A stretch of DNA of 62,134 nt, counting the filler, from Squatina squatina (lineage: Eukaryota): NCBI GenBank assembly GCA_031763465.1. It is 4 parts of 3 records of this genome, joined end to end, with 100 filler letters (N's around TTAATTAATTAA, not from the genome) between each part and the next. Parts side by side here need not be neighbours in the genome. Positions count along the whole stretch, not along the records: positions 49,394 to 62,134 come from JARFOE010000192.1; 3 more parts are not named here. One strand, 5' to 3'. Shown in pieces: positions 49,425 to 62,134 of this stretch (positions within the stretch are counted from its first letter, which is position 1; each line of letters starts with the position of its first letter). The notes under the pieces are model-generated. The model was not told the origin of the DNA. It was given only the letters and a program-made list of their open reading frames with translations, and ran no database searches. The position numbers and the translations under genes were made by a program.

Positions 49425-49770
49425 AGAAAGACGTGCATTCCTCCAGCGCAGTTCACCATCTCAGGATATCCCAAAGCGCTTCACAGCCAATGAAGTACTT
49501 TTTGAAGTGTAGTCACTGTTGGAATGCAGGAAAGGTGGGTTCAAGCCCCACTCCAGAGACCTGAACACATAAACTAGGATGATGCTCCCTGTGCAGTCCC
49601 GAGAGAGTGCTGCGCTGTCAGAGAGGTGGTCTTTATAAAATGAGACACTGAACCACGACCCCGTCTACCCTCTCAGGTGGACACAATAAATCTCACGGCA
49701 CTATTTCAAAAGCGCTTTGTGCCATCCTGAGTTCGTGAAAGGCACTAAATATAAATGCAAGTTCTTTTTA
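49425..49770. mobile_element. Two Deu-SINE fragments in opposite orientation
   Basis: Minus-strand tail 49425-49530, then a plus-strand head/body gggttcaagccccactccagagac... Confidence 0.7.
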
Positions 49771-51194
49771 TATAAATTGAGAAAACTAAAGTAACAAAAT
49801 TAAATGAGCAAGGTTTTCTTAAAAAAATGAACTTTGACACAGGGTGAACAGTGCCTTATCCTCCCATGGACAACACTGTTAATGGCCACTAAAGGTTTGG
49901 CCCACACAGCGCTGGCCATTACCATACAAGTTAAATATGAGGTTGGCCTTCCCCTGGGTCTGGAGGAGGGACATTGTGCAACGGTGCAAATGAAGGCACA
50001 TTTGCATCCAGCTTTGATGGTGTATGAGAAATTCCTCTTGATCATCCTTGAGGTTGACTGATGAGCCTTGGTGCGGGGGGGTACAAGGGAAGAGATTCCC
50101 ACAGGGGCTGCGGTTTGCAATCAAAGCTGGGCGTGTACAGACACAGAGCAGCCACAATCGTGCTTAGTTAACAATAGCAAGGATGTTACTGGTCATGAAT
50201 ATTATTGTGCTGGAGCTGGCTCTGCGATGTAATTTTTTCGCTCCTCTTCTGAGCTATGGTAGCACGGGCCCCTAGTATCTCGTGTGAGCCTCGACGCTGG
50301 ATAATTCGTCAGGCAATTCGACCGCAGTGGGCATCACAGTTGAGCGACGATTCCGGCCTTGCTTGATGTCTGCACCCAGAGACTTCCCTGCAAGCGCGAC
50401 TGGATAGCAAGAAGGAATGGCCAACCCCTGGCCAATTGTGCCATTCCTAACCCAGGGACTGAGGCCAATTATAAAGAAAGTAAGAACTTGCATTTATATA
50501 GCACCTTTCAGGATGTCCCAAAGCACTTTACAGCCAATGAAGTATATTTAAAGTGTGGTNNNNNNNNNNNNNNNNNNNNNNNNNNNNNNNNNNNNNNNNN
50601 NNNNNNNNNNNNNNNNNNNNNNNNNNNNNNNNNNNNNNNNNNNNNNNNNNNNNNNNNNNGTACATTTTTTTAGGCAGATTTGCAAATTTTTTCTAAGTGC
50701 TGTAAAGGCTGACTTTAGCCTAAAGTTCTAAGACCAAAACTTAACGCCCAAATATTCATCCGTTAGTGCCAGAAATGTAGGGCAGACGAATTGGGTGCCC
50801 CAAATCTGGCACCTTGCTCGGTTTCCTCTACGTTTCAGTCCCGCACTGGGTAGCGTCAATGCCAACCGTCAGGCCACCGTGACCAAACTGCAAATCGTGG
50901 CCAACAATGCCACACAACCAGGTGACAGAACTGAAATAAATGCCTTGCCCTTATATAGTACCTTATCATGTCTCTCCAAAACTTCTCAAACTCTTTCACA
51001 AGTAACAAATTACTTTCTAGTACAATGTAAGCGAAGGCGACACCCATTTTGCCAACAGCAAGTTCCCCCAATTTGGACCAGATGAACAAGCTGTTAATGT
51101 GTTTTTGTTGGTTAAGCGGTGTGTAATAGCTGAAACAATCCAGGGGTCATTTTCACCTTCACCGCGGGGGCTGTAATCTGGTGGAATGGTTCCT

Positions 51195-51585
51195 GCCTTG
51201 TATTTATGTAGCGCCTTTAATGTAGTTAAAAAAGTACCAAGGCGCTTCACAGGAGCGTTATCAAACAAAAATTGACACTGAGCCACATAATGAGATATTA
51301 GGACAGGAGACCAAAAGCTTGGTGAAGGCGGTAGGCTTAAAGGAGCATCTAAATGCAGGAGAGAGAGAGAGATAGAGAGGCGCGGAGGTACAAGGAGGGC
51401 GTTCCAGAGCTTTGGGCTTCGGCAGCTGCAGGTACGGCTGCCAATGGTGGAGCGATGGAAATCAGGGATGTGCAAGAGGTCAGATTTGGAGGAGTGCAGA
51501 GATCTCAGGGTTGTTGAGCTGGAGGAGGTTACAGAGATAGAGAAGGGCAAGGCCTTGGCGGGATTTGAACAGAAAGATGAGAACC
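51195..51585 (-). mobile_element. L2-type LINE 3' end
   Basis: LRSLHSSKSDLLHIPDFHRSTIGSRTCSCRSPKLWNAL plus 3' UTR. Confidence 0.8.
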
Positions 51586-52772
51586 CTTTGTCTGTGGCTT
51601 TTTCCAACAGTGAGCATTTTCACATCAATAATTTTATGTCAGCTCTCTATTGAGATATAAATGGATTCTTTCTTGTTCCTCCCATGTATAATAATCCACA
51701 GAGGCAGATAATACTCTAAATAATGTATTCAGTTGCAGAGGTGATTATTTTTTAATCTGGATCTCCTTCCAACTAATGGCTTGCTGAAAGGATACTCTGT
51801 TATCACAGCATAGTATTTACATGCAACACAACGTTCCCAAGGTAACTTCCATTGAAAGATGTTGCCAAACTTTTCAGATGATATTTGGTTTTCAATACTC
51901 GATCTCCCAAGGTTATTTTCAGTGTTCTTTTAATTGTCTCTCTCAGATAAAGCCGCCTGAAAGGATGCGTAAGTGTTTCAAAGCATTCTTTTTCTCAGGC
52001 AACGACTCGATTTTAATATTCTCATCCTTCTTTTCCAATCCCTCCATGNNNNNNNNNNNNNNNNNNNNNNNNNNNNNNNNNNNNNNNNNNNNNNNNNNNN
52101 NNNNNNNNNNNNNNNNNNNNNNNNNNNNNNNNNNNNNNNNNNNNNNNNAACAGACGTATTAGACATACTGGAGTCAGGGTGACGCGGGGTTCGGGCTGGG
52201 TTGCAGAGCTGAAGGAGGTTACAGAGCTAGGCAGGAGCGAGGCTATGGAGGGAACAGCTGTGAGGAGAGGTTGCCCCTTTTCTGACACCTTCTTGTCGGT
52301 ATCAGTTTTGCACTTTCAATTCCACCAGCTACACCGTGCTGCCGTGCAGTCATGCTGATTTATGATAGGCATGGGGCTGTTTATGGATAAATAGCTACAA
52401 TAACATTTAAATAACTTCAAAAGATGAACGAGCTGGAGGAAACAATCAGAAATTCAAACTGTGGTTTAAAAGCAGCTTCCAACATAAATGGGACGAGGAG
52501 AATATTGATTGTGCGCTTATACAGTTTTTACCAATTATAAATTGATTTATTTCCATTTGTGCTCTCTCCCCGCCCACCATCCTTAGCTGCTGTTTGACAA
52601 TTTGTAATACAGATGAGCTAACCATGCACGCTACAGTGTAAGGATATCAGACGCTACTAAGTGTGGCTTTCTNNNNNNNNNNNNNNNNNNNNNNNNNNNN
52701 NNNNNNNNNNNNNNNNNNNNNNNNNNNNNNNNNNNNNNNNNNNNNNNNNNNNNNNNNNNNNNNNNNNNNNNN

Positions 52773-53113
52773 AGATGCAGGGAGGATGTTTCCCCCTGGC
52801 TGGAGAGTCTAGAACCAGGGGTCACAGTCTCAGAATAAGGGGTCGGCCACTGAGGACTGAGATGAGGAGAAATTTCTTCACTCAGAGGGCGGTGAATCTT
52901 TGGAATTCTCGACCCCAGAGGGCTGTGGAGGCTCAGTCGTTGAGTACATTCAAGACAGAGATCGATAGGTTTCTAGATATTAAAGGAATCAAGAGATATG
53001 GGGATCGGGCAGGAAAGTGGAGTTGAGGTCGAAGATCAGCCGTGATCTTGTTGACTGGCAGAGCAGGCTCGAGGGGCCGAATGGCCGACTCCTGCTCCAA
53101 TTTCTTATGTTCT
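52773..53113 (+). mobile_element. Young CR1 3' end
   Basis: FPLAGESRTRGHSLRIRGRPLRTEMRRNFFTQRAVNLWNS in an intact frame, plus tail. Confidence 0.9.
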
Positions 53114-55529
53114 AAAATGTTTAATTACGAGAGGAAACTGTCGTAGCAGCTGGCAGACAAAGGTTAAAGCACAATTTACAGAATAAGGGCATGGCTAAAA
53201 TGATCATTGTTAATGACTGGAGTGAGTTATTGTGATGAAAAAAAAAATTACAGATGCCTTTTAGACTCCAGCCCCAGGCAATGAATTAGGGATGAATTGA
53301 CCTGAACCAAATGGAGCCCGAGTAAAATGCAGTTAATGCTGACAGGGGAGAAACATCCTGGTTTTAGAAATTGCCCGACTTAAAACAAATAGATAATTTA
53401 CATCCCAAGACAAATTAATAACCTTTAATGACATGCGACTTATTTTATCAGCCTATTTATCACAAGACTAGTTTAAAGTGACACAGCCAAGTTGATTAAA
53501 CCTTCTGTTCATAACACGTCTGATTATAGACGGCAAACTCTTCCCATGGTATTATTGTGCATGATTTGCAGCAACTACAAGGCTTCAGGAGCTGCAGAGG
53601 TTCAATCAATTAGTTATTTAAATGATAGCCCATTCATCATCAAATGATCTATCTTAGATGGCAGCCTGGGCTCAGTGGTAGCACTCCTGCCTCTGACTTG
53701 GAAGATCATGAGTTCAAGCCCCGCCCCAGAGACTTGAGTACATAATCTAGGCCAGGCATAGTCGCTCAAGGGGAGCTAAGAGGGTTTTTTCCGTTTTCTG
53801 CATTGGTCCCGTCGAGCGGGACATTCAGGGCCCGTTTGGCGGAGGCATCCACAGGAGACACCTCTGCAGCTCGGCGCGATGCCATTCTTGTCATCACCAT
53901 GCGCAACACTCCCTGAGCGACCCGGCAGTAAAATGGGAGGTGAAATCGCTGNNNNNNNNNNNNNNNNNNNNNNNNNNNNNNNNNNNNNNNNNNNNNNNNN
54001 NNNNNNNNNNNNNNNNNNNNNNNNNNNNNNNNNNNNNNNNNNNNNNNNNNNTGGCCTCTTCAAGTGAGATCTGCATTATCATCATTAGTGTTTTAGTTGC
54101 TGTTCTGTTAAAGCTGTGTTTAACACCACGTGGATAAGACAGAGTAGTGCTAATTACTCTAATTGTTGCATTAGTGTCAATGGAAATACATCCAACTCGA
54201 TGGCAGATGTGCAGCAGCAGTATTTCCCCAACATAGGGCGATCTGGCCAATGGTACTTTCGCATTTGCCTGTGCCTGCACTTCCATGTAAAGGAAGAAAT
54301 CTATTGGAGTATTCAGCGTTGCACTGAAGTGATGTTAAAGCGGAGGCAGTTCTTATAAATTTCATCAGGATTACGCCAGAAGCACAATCAACAGAACAAC
54401 AAGCTAAGCCTCCGTACTAAAATGATACAAGTTCATCAAAGGGCAGCAGTAATTATTTAAGTGGCACTGCAGCCACTACAGCAGTCGGCCATCTTGTGTT
54501 TCAAAGGGGCAATCCATTTCCTCAGAGATGGGACTTTGATTGAATTTGGTGCTAATCCATTTGTGATATCTCCATTCAGGGAGGCAGCACAAAGGCTAAA
54601 TGTGGTTTTAATTCCATCAGATTAATGAGTTTGGTGCAATGTTTATATGCTTTCTTGGGCCATGGCAGACCTTTCAAGAGTCCTCTCATTTTTAGCAGCG
54701 TGTCCCGGTTTGATTGGCTGTTGTTAATGGTATCCTGTTGTCGTGATTCTGATTTTCAGCTACATTTTAAAATACATACTCCCGTTAGAGTTAGATTGTG
54801 ATTTTCAGGGGCCACGCCCTGTCCCTATGCCTGTGACCTCCCCCAGCCCTACAACTCTCCGAGATCTCGGTGCTTCTCCAATTATGACCTTATGTGCATC
54901 CCCGATGTCCATTGCCCCACCATTGGTGGCAGTAGGCCCTAAGATCTGGAATTCCCTCTCTAAACCGCTCCGCCTCACTAACTGTCTTTCCTCCTTTAAG
55001 ATGCTCCTNNNNNNNNNNNNNNNNNNNNNNNNNNNNNNNNNNNNNNNNNNNNNNNNNNNNNNNNNNNNNNNNNNNNNNNNNNNNNNNNNNNNNNNNNNNN
55101 NNNNNNNNTTAGATGAACCCCTTGGGCCTTATTAACGTCTCTCACATACAGGATGTCACTGCTGAACCAGTACAAGCCATGACATCATTCACTCAAAAAC
55201 TTAAAAGCAGTAGCCTTCAAATTATTAATTTAATTCATCTCCTTTTTTTCACCCTACTTTGTCTGGGGCAGCACATATTTAAGTCTTTAAGATCTCAGGG
55301 AATTAACTGTTTCAACTGCGACCTAATTTATTATCTGCGCCAATGCCACGTTCCCTATTGGGAGATTCTGCCAATCTCAATTCTTCCTAATAGCCATGTT
55401 TAATCCTTTTGTCTTCTCTGTACTAATTCTGACCCCAGCTTATTTAATGTATGGATGAGGGCCGTGATGTCATGTGTATGAATTACTGGGAAGTTTAGCT
55501 TTATTTTGGAAGGAAATACTGACACTCAC

Positions 55530-55718
55530 CTGGACGCCCTTCAAGTACTTAGAATAAAAATCTTCAGCCAGTGCAGCATACAGCTCTTCAGATCTGTAAT
55601 CTGTGTAGCCAAACTTATTGGCTGCCCACTTCAGGAAGTCTTTCTCATCACCAAGAAGCTGGCCGTTGAGAAAGCACATGACTTGGGAGGAGAAGCCCCA
55701 CATATCTCCTCTCAGTTC
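55530..55718 (-). CDS. PPIL6: Peptidyl-prolyl isomerase-like 6, internal exon
   Basis: 189 nt, cacag| to |gtgagt; ELRGDMWGFSSQVMCFLNGQLLGDEKDFLKWAANKFGYTDYRSEELYAALAEDFYSKYLKGVQ (human recalled as ELKNETWEYSSSVISFVNGQFLGDALDLQKWA...LYDALTEDFSAKFLRDTK). Confidence 0.85.
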
Positions 55719-55894
55719 CTGTGAAAAAGAATCGCGGCTGTCTTTAACGTCTACAAATATATCACACTCTTTGTAAACAGAGCACCGTCTTCATAAACTT
55801 ATTTTGGCAAACTTTTAATTTGTTTACAGATACGTAAAGGTGCAATAATAGAAACTGCGCTTGGCACATACTCTTGTCATTGGAGCATCAAGTC

Positions 55895-56068
55895 ACCCAA
55901 AGTCGATAAATCCCCAGGACCTGACGACCTACCTCCCAGGGATTTGAAGGAGGTGGCTATAGGGATAGTGGATGCATTGGTTGTCAGCTTCCAAAATTCT
56001 ATCGATTCTAGAACGGTTCCTGCAGATTGGAACCCAGCAAATGCAACCCCATTATTTAAGAAAGCAGG
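55895..56068 (+). mobile_element. CR1 RT N-terminal fragment
   Basis: KSPGPD.LPPRDLKEVA...SIDSRTVPADWNPANATPLFKK. Confidence 0.85.
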
Positions 56069-56229
56069 NNNNNNNNNNNNNNNNNNNNNNNNNNNNNNNN
56101 NNNNNNNNNNNNNNNNNNNNNNNNNNNNNNNNNNNNNNNNNNNNNNNNNNNNNNNNNNNNNNNNNNNNCGTTACTCAGCAAATTCACTTTCATATATTCT
56201 GCTCCCAGATGAACTGATATTACTGAACT

Positions 56230-56680
56230 GATATTGCAGTGTGTACCATCTATAAGATGCACTGCAGCAGCTCACCTAGGCTTCTTCGGCAGCACCTCCC
56301 AAACCCATGACCTCTACCACCTAGAAGAACAAGGGCAGCAGGCGTATGGCAGCACCACCTCCACGTTCTCCTCCAAGTTACACACCATCCTGACTTGGAA
56401 ATATATTGCTACTCCTTCACCATCGCTGGGTCAAAATCCTGGAACTCCCTTCCTAACAGCACTGTGGGAGCACCTTCACCACACGGACTGCAGTAGTTCA
56501 AGAAGGCGGCTCATCACCACCTTCTCAAGGGCAATTAGGGATGGGCAATAATGGCACTAGATAAGCAACTCATTTCCAAATTTCGACATCAGTCGCTCGC
56601 AGTGTGGAACACCACTCCCAGAAAGCATAGCATGCAGCCCGAAAGATGCCAGCGACATCCACATCCCAGGAACAAATTTT
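56230..56680 (+). mobile_element. LINE 3' end, same family as 10376-10959
   Basis: gtgtgtaccatctataagatgcactgcagc...gcaattagggatgggcaata. Confidence 0.8.
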
Positions 56681-57009
56681 TTAAAAAGGAGAAATTGAGG
56701 CCAGGATAAAATGTGGGCAATAGAGTGGACAGCGTCAAAGAGGAACATGCTGCTCTGAAAAATCCACTTGATCAGCCACCATACTACCTGTCTCAGAAAG
56801 CCCACACGACTGAGGTTTATGGAGTAACCTAGTGCTTCCCCATAGGAATGGTTGAGATAACAATAAAAGCCACTTGAGTGAAGGTACCAGAGGGGATGGG
56901 AGAAATATTCTTCGTCAGCACCTCCCAGACCCGCGACCTCTACCACCTAGAAGGACAAAGGCAGCAGGCGCATGGGATCACCACCACCTCCAAGTTTCCC
57001 TCCAAGTCA

Positions 57010-57330
57010 AAGGGCCTATTTCCCTTAGCAGAGAGGCCCATAATCAAGGGGCATAAATTTAAAGCAATTAGTAGAAAGATTAGAGCGGAGTTGAGGAGAA
57101 CCTTTTTCACCCAGAGGCTGTTGGGGGTCTGGAACTCACTGCCTGAAAGGGTGGGAGAGGCAGAAACCTTAATTGCATTTAAAATGTACTTGGATACGTG
57201 TTTGAAGTGCCGTACCCTGCAAGGCTACAGACCAAGAGCTGGAAAGTGGGATTAGGCTCTTTTTCGACTGGAGCAGACACGATGGGCCGAATGGCCTCCT
57301 ACTGTGCCGTAAATTTCGATGATTCTATGA
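57010..57330 (+). mobile_element. CR1 3' end
   Basis: GHKFKAISRKIRAELRRTFFTQRLLGVWNSLPERVGEAETL. Confidence 0.82.
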
Positions 57331-59308
57331 ATCAGCGCTATAAGAGTGGCGAAAAAGTGGCACTGTTGAAAATAATTTGGTAAAAGCAGTATTCCTGCCT
57401 TTGTCAAAAAACTGTACACGCAACTAACGATATTATAAAAATGTCATTGCGTCAGTACCACAATATTCTTCCTTTCCGTTGATGCAAGCAGTCCGTCAAT
57501 AAAGCTTACCACTTTTGACAATTTATTGAAGGAAAAGAGAAAAAAAAATCATTGTACTCTTTCAATGGGAAGATTTAATTGACCATGGCACCAAAAATGA
57601 TTACTCTTTACTTCAAAAGCTTAAGGAAAAAACATTTGGTCATTGCTCAAGGACTGATACCGAATGAAACATTCTACTTTAATAATATAATACATGCCTA
57701 TACTTTGTCCTTATTTAATTTTTCCCAGATATTCGTTTTGGAACATTGTGTAAAGTGCTATCTCTCCTTGTCCCTTCCATATCTACTTTGCATAACAGTA
57801 CTCACACTAATTGGAGCAGCTTTGACTGGGGCTGTTATTAATTGAGCTGCTGCAGGGGCCAAAGGGAAAACTTTGTTTGTAATGAGATAGTTACAATAAC
57901 AGAGACGCTAAATGAGGTTCCGCTGCATATGTAAAATAGCGTTCAGTCCCGCGCTTCCCAAGGACAACCTGAAAACCTCTAAAAAGGCAGAAAAATGCCT
58001 CTGCGGAAAGGCTGGATGAATAAGAACGACTTTCCTCATCCGTAAGCCTCTTTACGATTACTTCCCACAAGTAATTACATGTTATCGCTCAGCTTCCAAG
58101 TCCGTAAAGCTGCGCTCACCTCATTCACCCGCGCTCGCACTGAAAGAAAGGCTTGAATTTATGAAGCAGGCCCAGCATGTCTCTCAGGAACGTGTCAAAA
58201 TGCTTCACTTTGGGAGTTAGGAGCAGGAGTAGGCCATACGGCCCGTCGAGCCCGCTCAAACGACTGCGACACGGAGACATCTAATGAATTATTTACAACA
58301 ACAACAACTTGCATTTACACAGCGCCTTTAACGTGGTAAAACCTCCCAAGGCGCTTCACAGGAGCGTTCCCAAACAAAATTTGACACCGAGCCACATAAG
58401 NNNNNNNNNNNNNNNNNNNNNNNNNNNNNNNNNNNNNNNNNNNNNNNNNNNNNNNNNNNNNNNNNNNNNNNNNNNNNNNNNNNNNNNNNNNNNNNNNNNN
58501 ACCATAATGATTTAATCTCCAAATTTTATAAAGAAAGGACTTATGTTCCTGAGCTACTGGAGAAAGTCTATTTGCTTAATTATCTTAATTCCCTCATGTA
58601 AATGATGTCTAATTAGCATAATTGTTTTCCGTCCCTAATAGCATATTCATTATGCCCTCCAAGGTTCATAAAACTGGAAACACCATACAGTAGCTCACGG
58701 AGCTTCATCAGTGATTCCACACACAGTGTGCTGTTGCAGGGAGGTGCCAAAATACAAGATAACCTGCCTTCCAGTGGAAAAGGTTGAAAATATCAGCCGC
58801 CAATTCACTCCAGAGCGTCGCACGCTTAGCTCAATTTTAGTTCAAAAACCCAGCGTGAGGACAAAGGAGCGTTCCATGCTATATATTCTTGTTGATTTTT
58901 TTTCCACTAAAAATTAGCCAACGGAAGAATTTCACGCCCACCCCGCTTATGCAATTTTAATAATAAATGAACATTTTAGTAAGTTCACGCCTGTTCAATA
59001 TTATACGACTGAAATGCTAGTTGCACCTAGATGCAAGATAAATACTTCTTATTTTTAATCCTTCCAATCGTCAATTAATTTGTAATATTATGGACAAATA
59101 ATAAAAGATTGTGTGCTGGCTTGGCTCAGTGGTCGTACTGTTGTGCGAGTCAGAAAGCTATAGGTTCAAGCACCACTATAGACGAGAGCACATATTCTAG
59201 GCTGACATNNNNNNNNNNNNNNNNNNNNNNNNNNNNNNNNNNNNNNNNNNNNNNNNNNNNNNNNNNNNNNNNNNNNNNNNNNNNNNNNNNNNNNNNNNNN
59301 NNNNNNNN

Positions 59309-59500
59309 GTACCGCCCCTCCGACAGTGTGCGGCGCTCCCTCAGTACCGCCCCTCCGACAGTGTGCGGCGCTCCCTCAGTACCGCACTGGGAGTGTCGGC
59401 CTCAAGCCCCTGGAGTGGATCTTGAACCCAGAACCTTCTGACTCAGGCGAGAGAGAGAGAGAGAGAGAGAGAGTGCTACCTATTGAGCCACTGGCCGACA
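59309..59500 (-). mobile_element. SINE head with a tandemly duplicated ~36-bp internal unit and a (GA)n expansion
   Basis: gtaccgcccctccgacagtgtgcggcgctccctca x2, then ttgaacccagaaccttctgactcag. Confidence 0.7.
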
Positions 59501-62134
59501 CCAGGTAAAATAGTGGATTCAGGAAGTTAACACAAACATTTTAATCAGTGTGCGCAACATCAGAAATTAAACTTTGTGGCAATTTTGCAGGAATATTTGT
59601 TGAGAAATCAGAACATGTTGATGTATCACAGCAGCTAAATGGAAAGAGGCATTGGTGGCTGCTTGATAGTAGATCTCTCTCAGGCAACGTGCCACATGAG
59701 AAGAAACTTCAGCAGGAAATGCAGGTAAAAATATATATATTTTTTAAAATTTACATGTTTCCTGTCACTAATCCTTGCATAGATCAAGCTTCAAGCCCCA
59801 TCTTTGGAGCCTGTAGTGTACAATCATTACACATTTAAGTGAAAGCGTGTTAATGAATTATTCTAATTGGACTTCATTTAGATGTGCACATTAAGTTGAT
59901 TACAAAATAGACTTTGCCTCATTCAAATACCATAAAGTTGAGTTATAGGAGAACAGCAGCGCTAAACCCTATTTTTGAACTGTTGGGCATCAAAGCACTT
60001 CAGACTGAAATGAAGCAGTAACTGGTTACCGCCACTTAATCCTGCACAGGGCATGTCATTTATTGTGGTAAGTGACTTGTTGTTTGAAAACCCCCCTAGA
60101 AACCAACATTTTCACAGCCTGCGAGATTTCTTAATGCAAAATGTTGGACACTTGAGAAGAAAATCGTGCGACGCATGAACATAAGAACATAAGAATNNNN
60201 NNNNNNNNNNNNNNNNNNNNNNNNNNNNNNNNNNNNNNNNNNNNNNNNNNNNNNNNNNNNNNNNNNNNNNNNNNNNNNNNNNNNNNNNNNNNNNNNGTGT
60301 ACTCACAGGGATAGTTACGATAGGGATGGCTATCACTTCTGTTACTGTAACACATCTCTGGGCACCATGCACGGAGGCAAATGGCTGGATTGGCAATACA
60401 TTATCAGAAGTATTTGGCGGGGGGGGGGAATAAACTATCAAAAGCATCTGGGCAAATTATGACTTTAATGTTTCATTAAATCAAATAAAGGTTTTTTACT
60501 GCTTTCATGCAATGCTTCCAAAGTGTACTGTAAAAGCAACAGAATCACAGATTCTCTGAATTATTAATAATTCTTAATGTATTGTTTTAATGTGTTCAAT
60601 TCACCTCTGATATAAAAGAGGAAAAAAAAATCTCCCTTCTTTCCCCCCCCTCTCTCCACCCCTGATCCTGGGGGAATCGTATTCAATAAAAGAACCACCT
60701 AAAATCAGTAAATCTGGAGTGTTGGTGACATTGTACTACACCTGTTAAGAAAAATGATTCATATTTTCAATAACAAGATCAGAAAGAGCTGCTTATAGAG
60801 CTTTGAATACATTTACACTCACTAGGCCAGATACTGCATAAAAATGAGGTATTAATTGAGCATCTAACTGGGTCAGTTTAACAGATTTGCATTATCAAAG
60901 GTGATGAGGTGCTTAAACTAGAAACTTAACTACACACAAATAAAAATAGCGCTTTGTACACTTAATGCCATACAAGCCCACAAGAAATGTGTCTGAGGGG
61001 AACTGGCATTTAGTAACTGGGCTACAATAACCATTCCATCCCCACCAAAAGAACACCATATTCTCCTCATTCTCTCTTCGAGATGCTGACTTCGACTGGG
61101 GTCTAGTTCTGTGGGTGCGGGTTCTCCTGGGCACTAGATCTTTGGGCAGTTATCCTCTGATACCTTGCCGGGCAGTCATGCTCTAACATCTTGTGCTACT
61201 GACCTTAATTATCTCCACCCCAGAAAGAGGATGGTCACCAGTTAATCATTGGGCAAGTGACCAGGTTTCAGCCCTTACGNNNNNNNNNNNNNNNNNNNNN
61301 NNNNNNNNNNNNNNNNNNNNNNNNNNNNNNNNNNNNNNNNNNNNNNNNNNNNNNNNNNNNNNNNNNNNNNNNNNNNNNNTAGCTTACGTTTGGTCTAACT
61401 CAAACCAGCATCTTTTGTATTGGGTTATATTTTCCCCCCTCATTGGCCAGCCATTTTCTTTTTTTTGTCTGGTGCAGGAACCAATTACCTCAAACCTCAT
61501 TAAACAGTGTTGCTAGCTGGAACTCCTTGATACCACAAATGTAAGCAAAAACGAGAACCTCTCTGGATTGTCACTTGTAGAAACACTCCCCAGGGATTGA
61601 AAAATCTTTTCTCATAGGTCCAGCATCAAAAACAAAACCAAAGAGCTTCGCTAAAGCTCTGAAATGGCATTGTGTTGAAAGTGTTTCTTTTTGAGGGCTG
61701 TGATGACTAAAAGTGTTTCCTGGGACTTGCTTTCCCCACTTTTGGTTTGTTGTAGCTCTGTCATTTTGTATTAGAAGCTGCTTTTGGGGGGATCTTTGGG
61801 GGACCACACAGCAGTAGGCCCCAAGCGGGCCTAAATTCTTATCTCTGCAGCACGTTTTTAATGTGAACACGTCCCACGGCCTAACGTGAAATGGAATAGA
61901 ACAAAGACACACAAGCAGAATAATTGCAAGTAAAGAACAATAAACCGCCCAAATCTGTGAATAAATGATTAGCCGCAGACAGAGTAGAGTTGGCAGTGCT
62001 GGGAACCGAAGGCTAAAGCGTCCGACGTTAGCGGCAGGCCAAGAGAATAGACGGCTTATCGCCCGGGGCTGAGGGAGAAAACTTGAGTACCAACAATGCA
62101 CCAGAGGCCATGGCACAGGCTCGAGGCCACGTCC

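Noticed and set aside
55530-55718. Initial assignment to MDH1B
   Set aside because: The peptide matches the PPIL6 N-terminal region and exon size instead
61571-62116. 181-aa minus-strand ORF
   Set aside because: Non-ATG start, no domain or codon bias, no splice support

Overview
Eukaryotic genomic DNA from a cartilaginous fish, most likely a shark, judged from the repeat landscape (CR1/L2/RTE LINE fragments, a Deu-domain SacSINE1-like SINE, Penelope-derived hairpins) and the vertebrate exons. It is a fragmented draft: many short contigs joined by 100-N gaps. Three N44-TTAATTAATTAA-N44 linkers split it into four unrelated blocks. Block 1 (1-24376) holds isolated exons of ILF2, KCNN3, ADAR, CHRNB2, ZNF687, PRPF3 and RPRD2 (all human 1q21 genes), two PSMC1 exons that do not fit this synteny, and several minisatellites. 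Block 2 (24477-36369) holds two tandem IL-20-like (IL-19/20/24 group) cytokine genes. One is complete (170 aa, 5 coding exons, non-coding first exon, motif-rich promoter). It is followed by a PPT+LTR and an ATP5PB exon. Block 3 (36470-49293) holds three CTNNAL1 exons, a decayed hAT transposase and a MITE. Block 4 (49394-62134) holds a PPIL6 exon and putative conserved non-coding elements. Gene calls come from my own translation and recall of vertebrate orthologues; no database search was run. I found no CRISPR array, rRNA or true tRNA gene, and no evidence for a wholly new multi-gene system. The best leads are the IL-20-like duplication, a retroviral-type protease remnant in frame with a PRPF3 exon, and hammerhead-like Penelope remnants.
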